Assembly (NCBI GenBank): GCA_965279515.1
Contig: CBDIID010000003.1
Span: 928,001 to 992,000, forward strand
Length of the DNA stretch: 64,000 bases
Direction of reading: 5' to 3'
Source of the DNA: Turneriella sp.
Lineage (GTDB): Bacteria; Spirochaetota; Leptospiria; Turneriellales; Turneriellaceae
The position numbers and the translations under genes are program-made. The notes beneath the pieces are model-generated. The model did not search any database and was not told the origin of the DNA. It worked only from the letters and a program-made list of their open reading frames with translations. Numbering within the stretch: position 1 is the stretch's first letter; every line of letters starts with the position of its first letter. This document shows, piece by piece, positions 10,454 to 19,307 of the stretch.

Positions 10454-11811
10454 CAGAATTCCGCCTTACGGATAATATCAATAGGTTCGAGCTTCGCGGC
10501 TTTGCGCGCCGGGATAATCGAGGCGAGTATTGAAAGGATCACGGATACATAACCCAAAACGCGTAACAGCTTCCAGTCGATGTCGATCGGCAGATGGTCG
10601 AAATAGTAAACGTCACGCGGTATCAGGCGGACATCCAACCACATACAGGAGCTGAGTTTCGTACAATAGATGTGGCCAAAGTAGTTGATGACGGCTTCGA
10701 CACCGTGCAGGATATTTTCGAGGTTATTGGCAAGGCCGACACCGGCAAAAATGCCCGCGACCGAACCGATGATACCCATCGTCATACCGGTAACAGCGAA
10801 AATCATCAGGATATGCTGCCGCGAGAAACCCAGCGATTTCATGATACCGATGTCGCGCCGGTGTGCCCGCACAATGTTAAATGTCGCGATGATGATGCCG
10901 ACCATTGCCGCGATAATGAAGAGGAAAACGATCACGATCATGATCGTTTTTTCGAGGCGCAGCGCGGCAAAAAAATTACGCTGCTCGTCTTCGATGGTGC
11001 GAATCGTATAGGGCCAGGCTCGCGCAATCTTGCGGCGTGTTTTAGAGAGCGTGTCGGTGTCTTTGAGGCGAATCACCAGCTGCTGAACGGCATCGGGCAA
11101 GGCATAAAGGTTTTGTACCGTTTGCAGCGACAGCACCACCACTTTCGTGTCATAATTGTAATGCCCGGTCTTGAAGAGCGCGGCAATCTTAAAAGTACGT
11201 ATAGAAGGTGTCACGCCCGTCTGCAGATTGAATTGCCCGCGCGGCACAATCAGCTCAATGCTGTCGCCGACGCTGATATTCAGGTTAGCGGCCATTTCTT
11301 TACCGATGATGGCATAGTCGCCCTGCGGAATTTTGCGCGCATTCGGCGGCTCGACAATCTCCGGGAAGTATGAAGGTATTTCAAAAGTCTTCGCGGTGTC
11401 GTCGGGCTTGAAGTCCATGCCACGCACAAAAACGTGATCGAGAAACTTGCGGCGGCGGAAGATTGCCGGCGACTGGATATTGCCTTCGACTGCTTCGACG
11501 TCGTCTTTGAGTTCGGTCGCCAAACGCTCTTTCCACTTCTGCCAGCCAGCGATCTTCTCGCCGCCGGTGATGCGGTCGACCGTGAGCATAACATGGGGAT
11601 CAAACTGGAAGATACTTTTTTTCAGCTGCGCCTGGAATCCGCCAAAAATCGACATGACGACCACCAAGAGGCTCGTGCCGACAAAGACGCCGACGAAAGC
11701 CAGGAAGGCATTCATGCTGAGGAAATACTTACTCTTGCCCCGGGAATAGCGGTAACTGATGCCCAGCGCGAGTTTAAAGCGTTCGAAATTAGGGGATTTA
11801 CTGACGGCCAT
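10453..11811 (-). CDS. LolC/LolE (FtsX/MacB-like) lipoprotein-releasing permease
   Basis: TM-periplasmic-3TM layout; VVMSIFGGFQ, NFFAALRLEK, DIGIMKSLG, YYFDHLP, PARKAAKLEP. Confidence 0.88.
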   Translation of the reverse strand: MAVSKSPNFERFKLALGISYRYSRGKSKYFLSMNAFLAFVGVFVGTSLLVVVMSIFGGFQAQLKKSIFQFDPHVMLTVDRITGGEKIAGWQKWKERLATELKDDVEAVEGNIQSPAIFRRRKFLDHVFVRGMDFKPDDTAKTFEIPSYFPEIVEPPNARKIPQGDYAIIGKEMAANLNISVGDSIELIVPRGQFNLQTGVTPSIRTFKIAALFKTGHYNYDTKVVVLSLQTVQNLYALPDAVQQLVIRLKDTDTLSKTRRKIARAWPYTIRTIEDEQRNFFAALRLEKTIMIVIVFLFIIAAMVGIIIATFNIVRAHRRDIGIMKSLGFSRQHILMIFAVTGMTMGIIGSVAGIFAGVGLANNLENILHGVEAVINYFGHIYCTKLSSCMWLDVRLIPRDVYYFDHLPIDIDWKLLRVLGYVSVILSILASIIPARKAAKLEPIDIIRKAEF

Positions 11812-11947
11812 ACTGAGTAATTAAAGCAACGCAAACTTCAGAATCGAATCATAACGGCGAGACAAATTGGCATCATCCAAAACTTGGCCGGGTTTGGCGT
11901 TCATTATTCGAATTGCCAATACCTTTTGGATTCGGCCGGTGGCGGAC

Positions 11948-12733
11948 GTGAAGCTACAGAATAAAAACATCATTATCGTTGGCGGCTCGGACGGCATCGG
12001 GCAGGCCGTCGCTCTTGCATTGAGCAAAGCAAATAACTCGATTGCAATCATTGCACGCAATAGAAAGACGCTCGAGCTCACGGCAAAGCAGATTGAAAAA
12101 AATGGCAGCCGGGCTCTTGTTTGTGTGGGTGACGCGGCAAACGGTAAATTGGCGAAAAAACTCGTGGCCGATATCTGGAAAAAATTCGGCCATATCGATA
12201 TGGCGCTCCTTAACGTCGGCGGTGCATCCGACGTTTTACGTGTCGCGACAGGTGACGCTGAAGAAGCAAACCACGCGATGCGGCTCAATTTCGACACGAT
12301 GACCAACTATCTTTTCCCGATTGCGCAGATCATGAAAGATCAGCCTCAAGGCGGGGTTATCGCGCACACGAACTCATTGGCCGGATATCTGGGCATGCCG
12401 CTGGCGCTTCACTATAATGCCGGCAAAGCCGCGACACGGATTTTTCTCGACGGTGCGCGTATTGAGCTCGCCCGCCATAATGTGCGAATCGTCAATCTTT
12501 GTCCGGGCTTCGTGCAGACGCGCCTGCAGGCAAAAAACCCCTTACCGACGCCTTTCCTTATGACACCTGAAAAAGCGGCGTTGAAGATGGTCAAGGCAAT
12601 AGAACGGGAAAAAAAGGAATATTCATTTCCCTGGCAATTGGCATTGAGCACTCATCTCGGACGCCTGCAACCAAAATGGATTTTGTCGATTTTCTTTCGT
12701 ATGGCCGCGGGTAAACAACTATCCGGTAAGTAA
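11948..12733 (+). CDS. Short-chain dehydrogenase/reductase
   Basis: GGSDGIG, YNAGK (YxxxK), PGFVQT; likely start GTG 11948. Confidence 0.9.
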   Translation: MKLQNKNIIIVGGSDGIGQAVALALSKANNSIAIIARNRKTLELTAKQIEKNGSRALVCVGDAANGKLAKKLVADIWKKFGHIDMALLNVGGASDVLRVATGDAEEANHAMRLNFDTMTNYLFPIAQIMKDQPQGGVIAHTNSLAGYLGMPLALHYNAGKAATRIFLDGARIELARHNVRIVNLCPGFVQTRLQAKNPLPTPFLMTPEKAALKMVKAIEREKKEYSFPWQLALSTHLGRLQPKWILSIFFRMAAGKQLSGK

Positions 12734-12740
12734 GACTATT

Positions 12741-12868
12741 TAGCGACGCAGGAATCGCCTGCGGCGCAGCGAGGACGCTGAGCGAACCCCGAACCAAAAA
12801 TTAGTATTAGCACTCGCTCTAACCAGCTGTGGCCGCTTTGCGGCCTCCGTCTTCGGTGCTACGTCGCC
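12741..12868 (-). pseudogene. Degenerate tandem copy of tRNA-Met with two 27-nt hairpin insertions and a destroyed anticodon arm
   Basis: Colinear blocks shared with 12875-12956: agactatttagcgacgcagg / cgaacccc / tcgctctaaccagctg / gctacgtcgcc; extra 27 nt at 12758-12784 and 12831-12857. Confidence 0.85.
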
Positions 12869-12881
12869 TCGAATAGACTAT

Positions 12882-12956
<75 letters not shown>

Positions 12957-12963
12957 ATTATTC

Positions 12964-12998
12964 TTACTAAATAGGGGCCGCTGGCCCCTATTTAGTAA
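12964..12998. repeat. Perfect 16-bp inverted repeat in the tRNA spacer
   Basis: ttactaaataggggcc-gct-ggcccctatttagtaa. Confidence 0.9.
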
Positions 12999-13003
12999 TC
13001 ATT

Positions 13004-13076
<73 letters not shown>

Positions 13077-13083
13077 GTATAAG

Positions 13084-13113
13084 TTATATTGTGAGTTTGA
13101 GACAGGGTGACAA
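13084..13113 (-). promoter_or_regulatory. Putative sigma70 promoter of the tRNA pair
   Basis: Minus strand TTGTCA followed 16-19 nt later by AT-rich CAATATAAC, just upstream of tRNA-fMet; spacing imperfect. Confidence 0.35.
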
Positions 13114-13258
13114 TCCTTTTTGGTATTTGGGCATCCCAATTGCTTAGCTGGCAGCGTGGAAATTTGCCGATGCTTGACCACCTATGCAAAAAATACAGTG
13201 CAAATCTCTCTCCACTAAAAGGCAAAAATCACCGTAAGGAAATCCGTTTAATCAGACT

Positions 13259-15361
13259 ATGAGCACCGCAACCATCTCTTACCGCAACGACCTGCAGGGC
13301 CTGCGTGCCATCGCTGTTATCGTTGTTTTTCTCTTTCATCTCTGGCCTGATACGTTTCGGGGCGGATTTATCGGTGTCGATGTTTTCTTTGTTATTTCGG
13401 GCTTTCTGATCACCAGCTTACTGGTGGCTGAAATCGAGAAAACCGGCGCGCTGAGCCTGGGCAATTTCTGGTCGCGCCGGCTACGCAGGCTCTTGCCTGC
13501 CGCCACGCTCGTTCTTTTAGTTTCACTCTGGGCTTCCCTGAAATGGCAGCCTGAAACCGAATGGCTCAATACCGCCAAACAGGTCTTCGCTTCAGCGCTT
13601 TATTTTCAAAACTGGATGCTGGTAGCGCAATCTGTCGACTATATGGCGCGCGAAGCGAGTGCCACCGTGGCGCAGCACTATTGGTCGCTCTCAATCGAAG
13701 AACAGTTTTATTTTGTCTGGCCCCTGCTGGTGTTTTTCTGCGCCCACCTCAGCCGCAGGTCCGGCCGGTCGATCCGCTCGGTCGCGGCAATTTTTTCCAT
13801 TTTGATGCTGGTCGTTTCTCTGTTTTTCTCCATTTTCGTGCTACGCAATACGCCGCAGGGTTATTTTGTCACCACGACGCGCGCGTGGGAGCTCGCCCTC
13901 GGGGCAACGCTTGCGATACTGTGGCCCTATGTTAAGCTCGCCACTGGCCTGCGCATCGGTCTTAGCTGGGCGGGACTCATCATGGTCATAGCATCAGTCT
14001 TCGTGGTGAAACAAGGCGGCGACTTTCCGGGATTCATTGCCCTGCTACCCACCATGGGCGCCGTGTTTCTGATTCTCGGCAACGAGGCGCGCTTCGCGGC
14101 TGGCTCTCTTCTGGGTAAACAACCGACACGCTTCATCGGCGATATCTCATACGCGATCTATTTGTGGCACTGGCCGCTGATTGTTATCTCAAAACATATT
14201 CCCCAATTGGCAAAATGGCCGGCATGGCAGGTTTCCGCGGGGATTATCGTCTTAACGCTGGTGCTCTCGGTGCTGACAAAATTCCTCGTCGAAGATCCGT
14301 TCCGCAGTGGCTTTCTCGCTTTCTTCAAATCAAACCGCAGGCGCTTTGTGATCGGCTCGCTCGCCACGGCACTCGTGCTGATCATTGCCGGCTCCGGAGT
14401 TTCTGCATACACTTGGGTTAAGGAAGAAAAAGCCTGGCAGGCGCTCAAGGCGAAGGAAAAGGCTACGATCCACCCGAAATCCGAATACCCCGGCGCGGCG
14501 GCCTTCGACCCGATTTCACCGGCACCGGTACCTGCAGGCATGCCGATCATTCCGAATCCGGTGATCGCCGAGCACGATATGGATGGCAAACACGCGCACT
14601 GCATGGGGCTCACGGGTAGCATGCAGATCAGGCAATGCGAATTCGGCGTGCGTAACGGGCCCAAGACCATCATACTTGCGGGCGATTCGCATGCGATGCA
14701 GTTCGGCACCGCCATTGAAAAGGTCGCGAAGCTGCACGGCTGGCGCTTCGTGATGTTTGTCAAACCCGCCTGCCCGTTCGGGGATTTCTCTGTTTATACC
14801 GAAGGGTATGAGCGCGGCGAATGCTGGCATTTCAGAAAAGAGGTACTGCGCAGGGTTCTCGAAATTAAACCCGATCTTCTGCTCGTCGGTTCGGCACGCG
14901 CCGGACTTTTCGGCCAGATTTCTGCCGCTGAAAAACAAATCACGGGCTTTAAGACGTATCTGCAAAAGTATATCGACGGGGGTATCCGCATGGGAATCAT
15001 CCGTGATAACCCGAGCCTGCGCATATCGGCACCCGGCTGTGTGCTCAGTTACGGCAAAGACCACACGCTTTGCAACAGCCAGCGCAAGCTCGTGATCGAT
15101 ACGCTGAAGGATTACCTCGTCAATGTAGCAGAGATGCTGCCCGAAGCCTCGCTGGTCGACCTGACGCATCTCTATTGTACCAAGGATATCTGCCCCGCGG
15201 TGATCGGCAATATTCTCGTCTACCGGGATAGCCACCACATCACCGACGCCTATGGAAAAACCATGGCGCCTTACTTTGATAAGGTTATCCGGAAGTTACT
15301 GCTGAAACCGGCACCGACACCTGTCGTTGCGGCAGCGGTACCACCGGCACCAGCGAAGTAG
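13259..15361 (+). CDS. Acyltransferase-3 + SGNH domain O-acetyltransferase (OatA/OafA-like)
   Basis: DLQGLRAIA, GVDVFFVISGFLI, RRLRRLLP, HYWSLSIEEQFY, SYAIYLWHWP; SGNH GDSH and DSHH. Confidence 0.92.
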   Translation: MSTATISYRNDLQGLRAIAVIVVFLFHLWPDTFRGGFIGVDVFFVISGFLITSLLVAEIEKTGALSLGNFWSRRLRRLLPAATLVLLVSLWASLKWQPETEWLNTAKQVFASALYFQNWMLVAQSVDYMAREASATVAQHYWSLSIEEQFYFVWPLLVFFCAHLSRRSGRSIRSVAAIFSILMLVVSLFFSIFVLRNTPQGYFVTTTRAWELALGATLAILWPYVKLATGLRIGLSWAGLIMVIASVFVVKQGGDFPGFIALLPTMGAVFLILGNEARFAAGSLLGKQPTRFIGDISYAIYLWHWPLIVISKHIPQLAKWPAWQVSAGIIVLTLVLSVLTKFLVEDPFRSGFLAFFKSNRRRFVIGSLATALVLIIAGSGVSAYTWVKEEKAWQALKAKEKATIHPKSEYPGAAAFDPISPAPVPAGMPIIPNPVIAEHDMDGKHAHCMGLTGSMQIRQCEFGVRNGPKTIILAGDSHAMQFGTAIEKVAKLHGWRFVMFVKPACPFGDFSVYTEGYERGECWHFRKEVLRRVLEIKPDLLLVGSARAGLFGQISAAEKQITGFKTYLQKYIDGGIRMGIIRDNPSLRISAPGCVLSYGKDHTLCNSQRKLVIDTLKDYLVNVAEMLPEASLVDLTHLYCTKDICPAVIGNILVYRDSHHITDAYGKTMAPYFDKVIRKLLLKPAPTPVVAAAVPPAPAK

Positions 15362-15372
15362 AATTGGTTATT

Positions 15373-15435
15373 AACCACGGCGAACACGTAGAGCACGGCG
15401 TAATAATTTGCGAAGCGCCGTGCCTGCCGTGGCTT
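15373..15435. repeat. Nested inverted repeat built of 9-nt-period CACGG units between convergent genes; possible terminator
   Basis: cacgg/cacgt/cacgg at 15376, 15385, 15394; gcacggcg pairs with cgccgtgc, ccacggc pairs with gccgtgg; T-run follows. Confidence 0.65.
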
Positions 15436-15442
15436 TTTCTAT

Positions 15443-16351
15443 TTAAGCTAATTTAGCTTTGAAAAATTCAACCTGTCTCGCGGCAATTTTAGAGAACCAC
15501 GGTTCTTTGAAGGGCTGAATATGCCCCATCGAATATTCTTCGATTTCGACATCACGGATTTTCTTCGCCGTTTCAAGCACCGATTCGACAGGAATTCCCT
15601 CGTCGCGCTTGCCATATTGAATAAGCACGGGACAATTCACTTCTTCAGCCCTGAGTATCGGGCGGTGCAGAGGTAGTTCCAGTGCAATACGGGCCGGCAG
15701 TTTATTCTGCCACAGTGATCCCTTGGGCACGCTTTTCAGGATACCCTCTTTCCAGCCGGGAAAAGTGAGAAAGGCAAAGTCACCGGGATCACCCGCCAGC
15801 TGCATGTTGACGCTGCGCCCGAAGAGTGACGCCACTCCATCGGCGAGCGCCATGAGCGACACAGGGAGAAATCCCACCTTGGGCATGCGCGCCATCACGG
15901 CCCAGGAATCAAAAAGCGGCACGAGGCAACTGACTGCCTTGACCTTGCCGTCTTCCGCGGCGACCATGAGGGCATTGCCGCCCGAAAGCGAAGCGCCCCA
16001 AAGGCCGATGCGGGCAGCATCGACACGCGCATGTGTGCGCAGAAACTTCAGGGCTGCATGATAATCTTCGCGGTGGCGCGAGGGTGAAACCCACTGGGCG
16101 GGTTGCCCAGCCAACGGCTGGCGCACATTGCCCGGGCTGTCGCCGAAATTGCGGTAGTCGAAGTTGAGAACACCGATCCCCGCTTCGGCGAACTTCTGCG
16201 CAAAGTCAGGCAATTTCCAGGTACGTTCTGCCCCGAAACCGTGCGCCATCACAACAAAGGGCTGTTTCTTTGCGGCAGCATCAAAATACAAATCGCCGAC
16301 GCACTCAGAATCTTCGCTCGCGAAACTGACGGTTTCTTTCGAATATGCCAC
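15443..16351 (-). CDS. Alpha/beta-fold hydrolase with an 8-aa hairpin-encoded insertion
   Basis: HGFG, FDYRNFGDS, GASLSGG nucleophile elbow, D and H in C-terminal part. Confidence 0.9.
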   Translation of the reverse strand: MAYSKETVSFASEDSECVGDLYFDAAAKKQPFVVMAHGFGAERTWKLPDFAQKFAEAGIGVLNFDYRNFGDSPGNVRQPLAGQPAQWVSPSRHREDYHAALKFLRTHARVDAARIGLWGASLSGGNALMVAAEDGKVKAVSCLVPLFDSWAVMARMPKVGFLPVSLMALADGVASLFGRSVNMQLAGDPGDFAFLTFPGWKEGILKSVPKGSLWQNKLPARIALELPLHRPILRAEEVNCPVLIQYGKRDEGIPVESVLETAKKIRDVEIEEYSMGHIQPFKEPWFSKIAARQVEFFKAKLA

Positions 16352-17176
16352 TTACGCCAGCTTGCCGTCTTGGTAATCTGCAAAAGCCTGCTGTATTTCT
16401 TCTTTAGTATTCATGACAAACGGCCCATAACGCGCCACGGGCTCGCCGATAGGTTCAGCCGCGATGAATAAAAGCCGTGTGTCCTCTTTGCCTGTAATAC
16501 GCACGCCCTCGCCTTCCTCAAAGACCGCGATATCACCTGCCGCAATTTTTTCGCCTTCAATCTCCGCGTTACCGGTGACACCGACAACAAGGGCGTTAAA
16601 GTCAGAAGGAAAGCTGTGTTCAAAAACACCATCGCCCTTGAAGATGATATCGAAGTAGATCACAGGAATATTCGTTTCGGCGGCACCCGGTTTACCCTCG
16701 TATGAGCCGGCGACGAGACGCACTTTGAAGTCGTCGGTCTCGAACTCGGGAATTTTTTCCGGTGGGATATCCTGGTATTTGGGCTCGCTCATCTTGAGGT
16801 TCGCCGGCAGGTTCACCCAAAGCTGATAACCCCATAACATACCGTTTTCCATTTCCGGCATTTCAGAGTGAATGATACCGCGCGCGGCGGTCATCCACTG
16901 CGCTGAACCGGCTGTGAGGAGTCCCTTGTTGCCGCGCGAGTCGCCGTGGCGCATGCGGCCTTCAATCATATAAGAAACCGTTTCGAAGCCGCGGTGCGGG
17001 TGGCTGGGAAAACCCGCAACATATGCTTTCGGGTCGTCGTTCTTAAATTCGTCGAGCAGCAGAAACGGATCTAAAAAGGAGATTTCATTGGTGCCGATGA
17101 AACGTTTGAGTTTAACTCCCGCGCCGTCGGTCGTGTTCTGGCCGGCTAGCTTTGTCGCTACTTTTCTTGCGTTCAT
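16352..17176 (-). CDS. Pirin family protein
   Basis: DPFLLLD, HPHRGFETVSY, IHSE, YGPFVMNT. Confidence 0.96.
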   Translation of the reverse strand: MNARKVATKLAGQNTTDGAGVKLKRFIGTNEISFLDPFLLLDEFKNDDPKAYVAGFPSHPHRGFETVSYMIEGRMRHGDSRGNKGLLTAGSAQWMTAARGIIHSEMPEMENGMLWGYQLWVNLPANLKMSEPKYQDIPPEKIPEFETDDFKVRLVAGSYEGKPGAAETNIPVIYFDIIFKGDGVFEHSFPSDFNALVVGVTGNAEIEGEKIAAGDIAVFEEGEGVRITGKEDTRLLFIAAEPIGEPVARYGPFVMNTKEEIQQAFADYQDGKLA

Positions 17177-17976
17177 GTCGCTACCTCCACTACCTTTTGT
17201 TCCGTATTCTTAATATAGATTTCTTTACCTTTTTGAGTCATCTGTTCGAAGATGTGCATGTTCTTGGTATCGACGCGTGTGCCGATGTCGTAAAATGCAC
17301 CCGACCATTTTGCCTCGCCGATTTTTGCACCGAGAAGTTTCGCAAAACGCAGGTCGGCGTTTTCGAAATTTGTGTCTTCGATTTGGCAGTCGTTGAGGAA
17401 CGCACCGCGTAGGTTCGCCCCGGAAAAGTTGGCACCTGTCAGATTACTCTCGCGCAGAAAGGCATGCATCAGATTGGCACCCGAAAAATCTACGCCCGAA
17501 AGATCGAGTTTGTCGAGCATGACGGAGTTGAGGTTCTGTCCGCGCAGGTGACCGTTAGCTTTGAGGAATTCCAACGTCTTATCGCGGCTGATGACCTGCT
17601 CGCCCGCAAGACCCGTCTGGTTCTGGTAATCTTTCACGGCCTTTTGCAGCGCCTGCACCGCTGTCACGGCATAATTTTTTCTTTTCTCGGGATAACCTTC
17701 AATGGCAGGCTCCAGCTCATCGGGTTGGATTTTTAACGCGTCTTCGAGGCTTTTGTTTTTTGCCAGGTCGCAGATAATCGCGAGCGACGCCAGGGAAAAA
17801 CTACAGCCTGTCGTGGTATAACGCGCGTCACGGATGACATCCCCCTCGACATCGAGGTAGAGACGGTAGCCGTCGCCGCAGCCGATGTTTTTGTACTCAG
17901 ACACGACCGAAGCGTGCTCAAGCTCGCCGTAATTGACACGGCCTTCGACGAGGGCGTTGAATTTTTCGAAGTTCAT
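17173..17976 (-). CDS. IscU/NifU-N-like Fe-S scaffold domain fused to pentapeptide repeats
   Basis: NIGCGD and TGCS motifs in N-terminal ~115 aa; A(N/D)LxG-type pentapeptide repeats (VDFSG ANLMH AFLRE SNLTG ANFSG ANLRG) in C-terminal half. Confidence 0.88.
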   Translation of the reverse strand: MNFEKFNALVEGRVNYGELEHASVVSEYKNIGCGDGYRLYLDVEGDVIRDARYTTTGCSFSLASLAIICDLAKNKSLEDALKIQPDELEPAIEGYPEKRKNYAVTAVQALQKAVKDYQNQTGLAGEQVISRDKTLEFLKANGHLRGQNLNSVMLDKLDLSGVDFSGANLMHAFLRESNLTGANFSGANLRGAFLNDCQIEDTNFENADLRFAKLLGAKIGEAKWSGAFYDIGTRVDTKNMHIFEQMTQKGKEIYIKNTEQKVVEVAT

Positions 17977-18078
17977 CGATACTATAATATATAAAGAAGG
18001 AAAGAAAGTCTACAAATGCCGAAAGGGGATCGACCATGATACGGGCCCGAATCTGATGGCAGGTATATCTCCCCCCTT

Positions 18079-19287
18079 TTGGTATGGCGTGTGATAGAAA
18101 ACCGACCTGCGCCAACGAACCATTCGTGGCTTTCGAACCCGCTCGACTGGTGCCAGATCGACCGCATGATCATTCTGGGCGTCATGGTCTTGCTGATACC
18201 GGTGTTCTTCGGCGGAGCCCTGGCAGGGGCGCTCGCGCTGGCTCCGGACTGGCTGCATACGCCCGTGGCGCGCTCACTGCTGGCCCTCTACGCCGTTTAT
18301 ACAATTATTCTCCTCCTATTCCTGAAGCTGGCCTTCTCGCGCAGAAAGACAATCGACCGCTGGCCGTTTTTTGAAAATTTTATTATCAGCTCGTACGTTG
18401 TCGTCGTCTTCACGCAGGCCTGGCTCTCAGGCACCCATTTCACGGGCGGCATGCTGCTGATGATGATCGGCGTCTATATGACCTCGGCGCTGGCGGATAT
18501 CCGCAAGATCGTCAGGGCACACATCGCGGTCGCCATCATTTTCGTTGCGCTTTGCATCGCCGAAGGCAGCGGTTTTTTCCGTTACGCGCCGCTCTTCAAA
18601 AAACCGCCGTTCAACCCCGACGGCTCGTCGGTACCCGCATGGCTCGCCATACAGATCGCGCAAATCACGGCTCTTTTGGTGCTCACGCGCATCGGTATTA
18701 TGGCGACAGAGCGTTGGGTCGAGCGCGAGAATTTATTCCGCGAAATGTCGACGATCGACGGCCTGACGCGGCTCACCAACAGGCGCTCATTCATCGAACG
18801 CAGCGAAACGGAATTTGCCCGGGCAAGCCGTGCGCCCGTCACGGGAATATCCTGCATCATGATCGATATCGATCATTTCAAAAAAATCAACGACACTTTG
18901 GGTCACCCCGCGGGAGACACGGTGCTGATGCACACAGCTTCGCTGCTGCTGAAGGCCAGGCGCCAGTACGACGAGGTGGCACGTTATGGCGGTGAAGAAT
19001 TCGCGATCTTATTGCCCGCGACGTCGATCGACGATGCGGCGAAAATCGCCGAGCGGCTGCGCGACAGCATCGCCAGCCAGACCATGAGCATCGATGGGAA
19101 AAAGACCCAGGTGACAGCGAGCTTCGGCGTCGCGAGTTTTCCGGCGAAGGGTATCCAAAGCATCGGGGACCTGCTCAAGGCTGCCGACGCTGCGCTCTAC
19201 AAAGCCAAACACGCGGGACGCAACCGCGTTGTTGCCACGCGGAAACGCAGCGCGGGCCCGGCAAAAAAGAAATCTAAGGCAAAGTAA
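18079..19287 (+). CDS. Membrane-anchored diguanylate cyclase
   Basis: About 6 TM; DGLTRLTNRR, DIDHFKKIND, RQYD I-site, RYGGEEF. Start uncertain (TTG 18079 or GTG 18091). Confidence 0.93.
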   Translation: MVWRVIENRPAPTNHSWLSNPLDWCQIDRMIILGVMVLLIPVFFGGALAGALALAPDWLHTPVARSLLALYAVYTIILLLFLKLAFSRRKTIDRWPFFENFIISSYVVVVFTQAWLSGTHFTGGMLLMMIGVYMTSALADIRKIVRAHIAVAIIFVALCIAEGSGFFRYAPLFKKPPFNPDGSSVPAWLAIQIAQITALLVLTRIGIMATERWVERENLFREMSTIDGLTRLTNRRSFIERSETEFARASRAPVTGISCIMIDIDHFKKINDTLGHPAGDTVLMHTASLLLKARRQYDEVARYGGEEFAILLPATSIDDAAKIAERLRDSIASQTMSIDGKKTQVTASFGVASFPAKGIQSIGDLLKAADAALYKAKHAGRNRVVATRKRSAGPAKKKSKAK

Positions 19288-19307
19288 TCCGAACCGAAAA
19301 CATCCCG

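Noticed and set aside
10594..11373. Long antisense ORFs (also 14516-15238, 21670-22347, 29095-29991, 50998-51711 and others)
   Set aside because: They lie opposite well-supported genes and have no motifs; expected in GC-rich DNA.
17977..18090. c-di-GMP riboswitch upstream of the GGDEF gene
   Set aside because: Could not identify class I or II consensus stems by eye; an Rfam scan would settle it.
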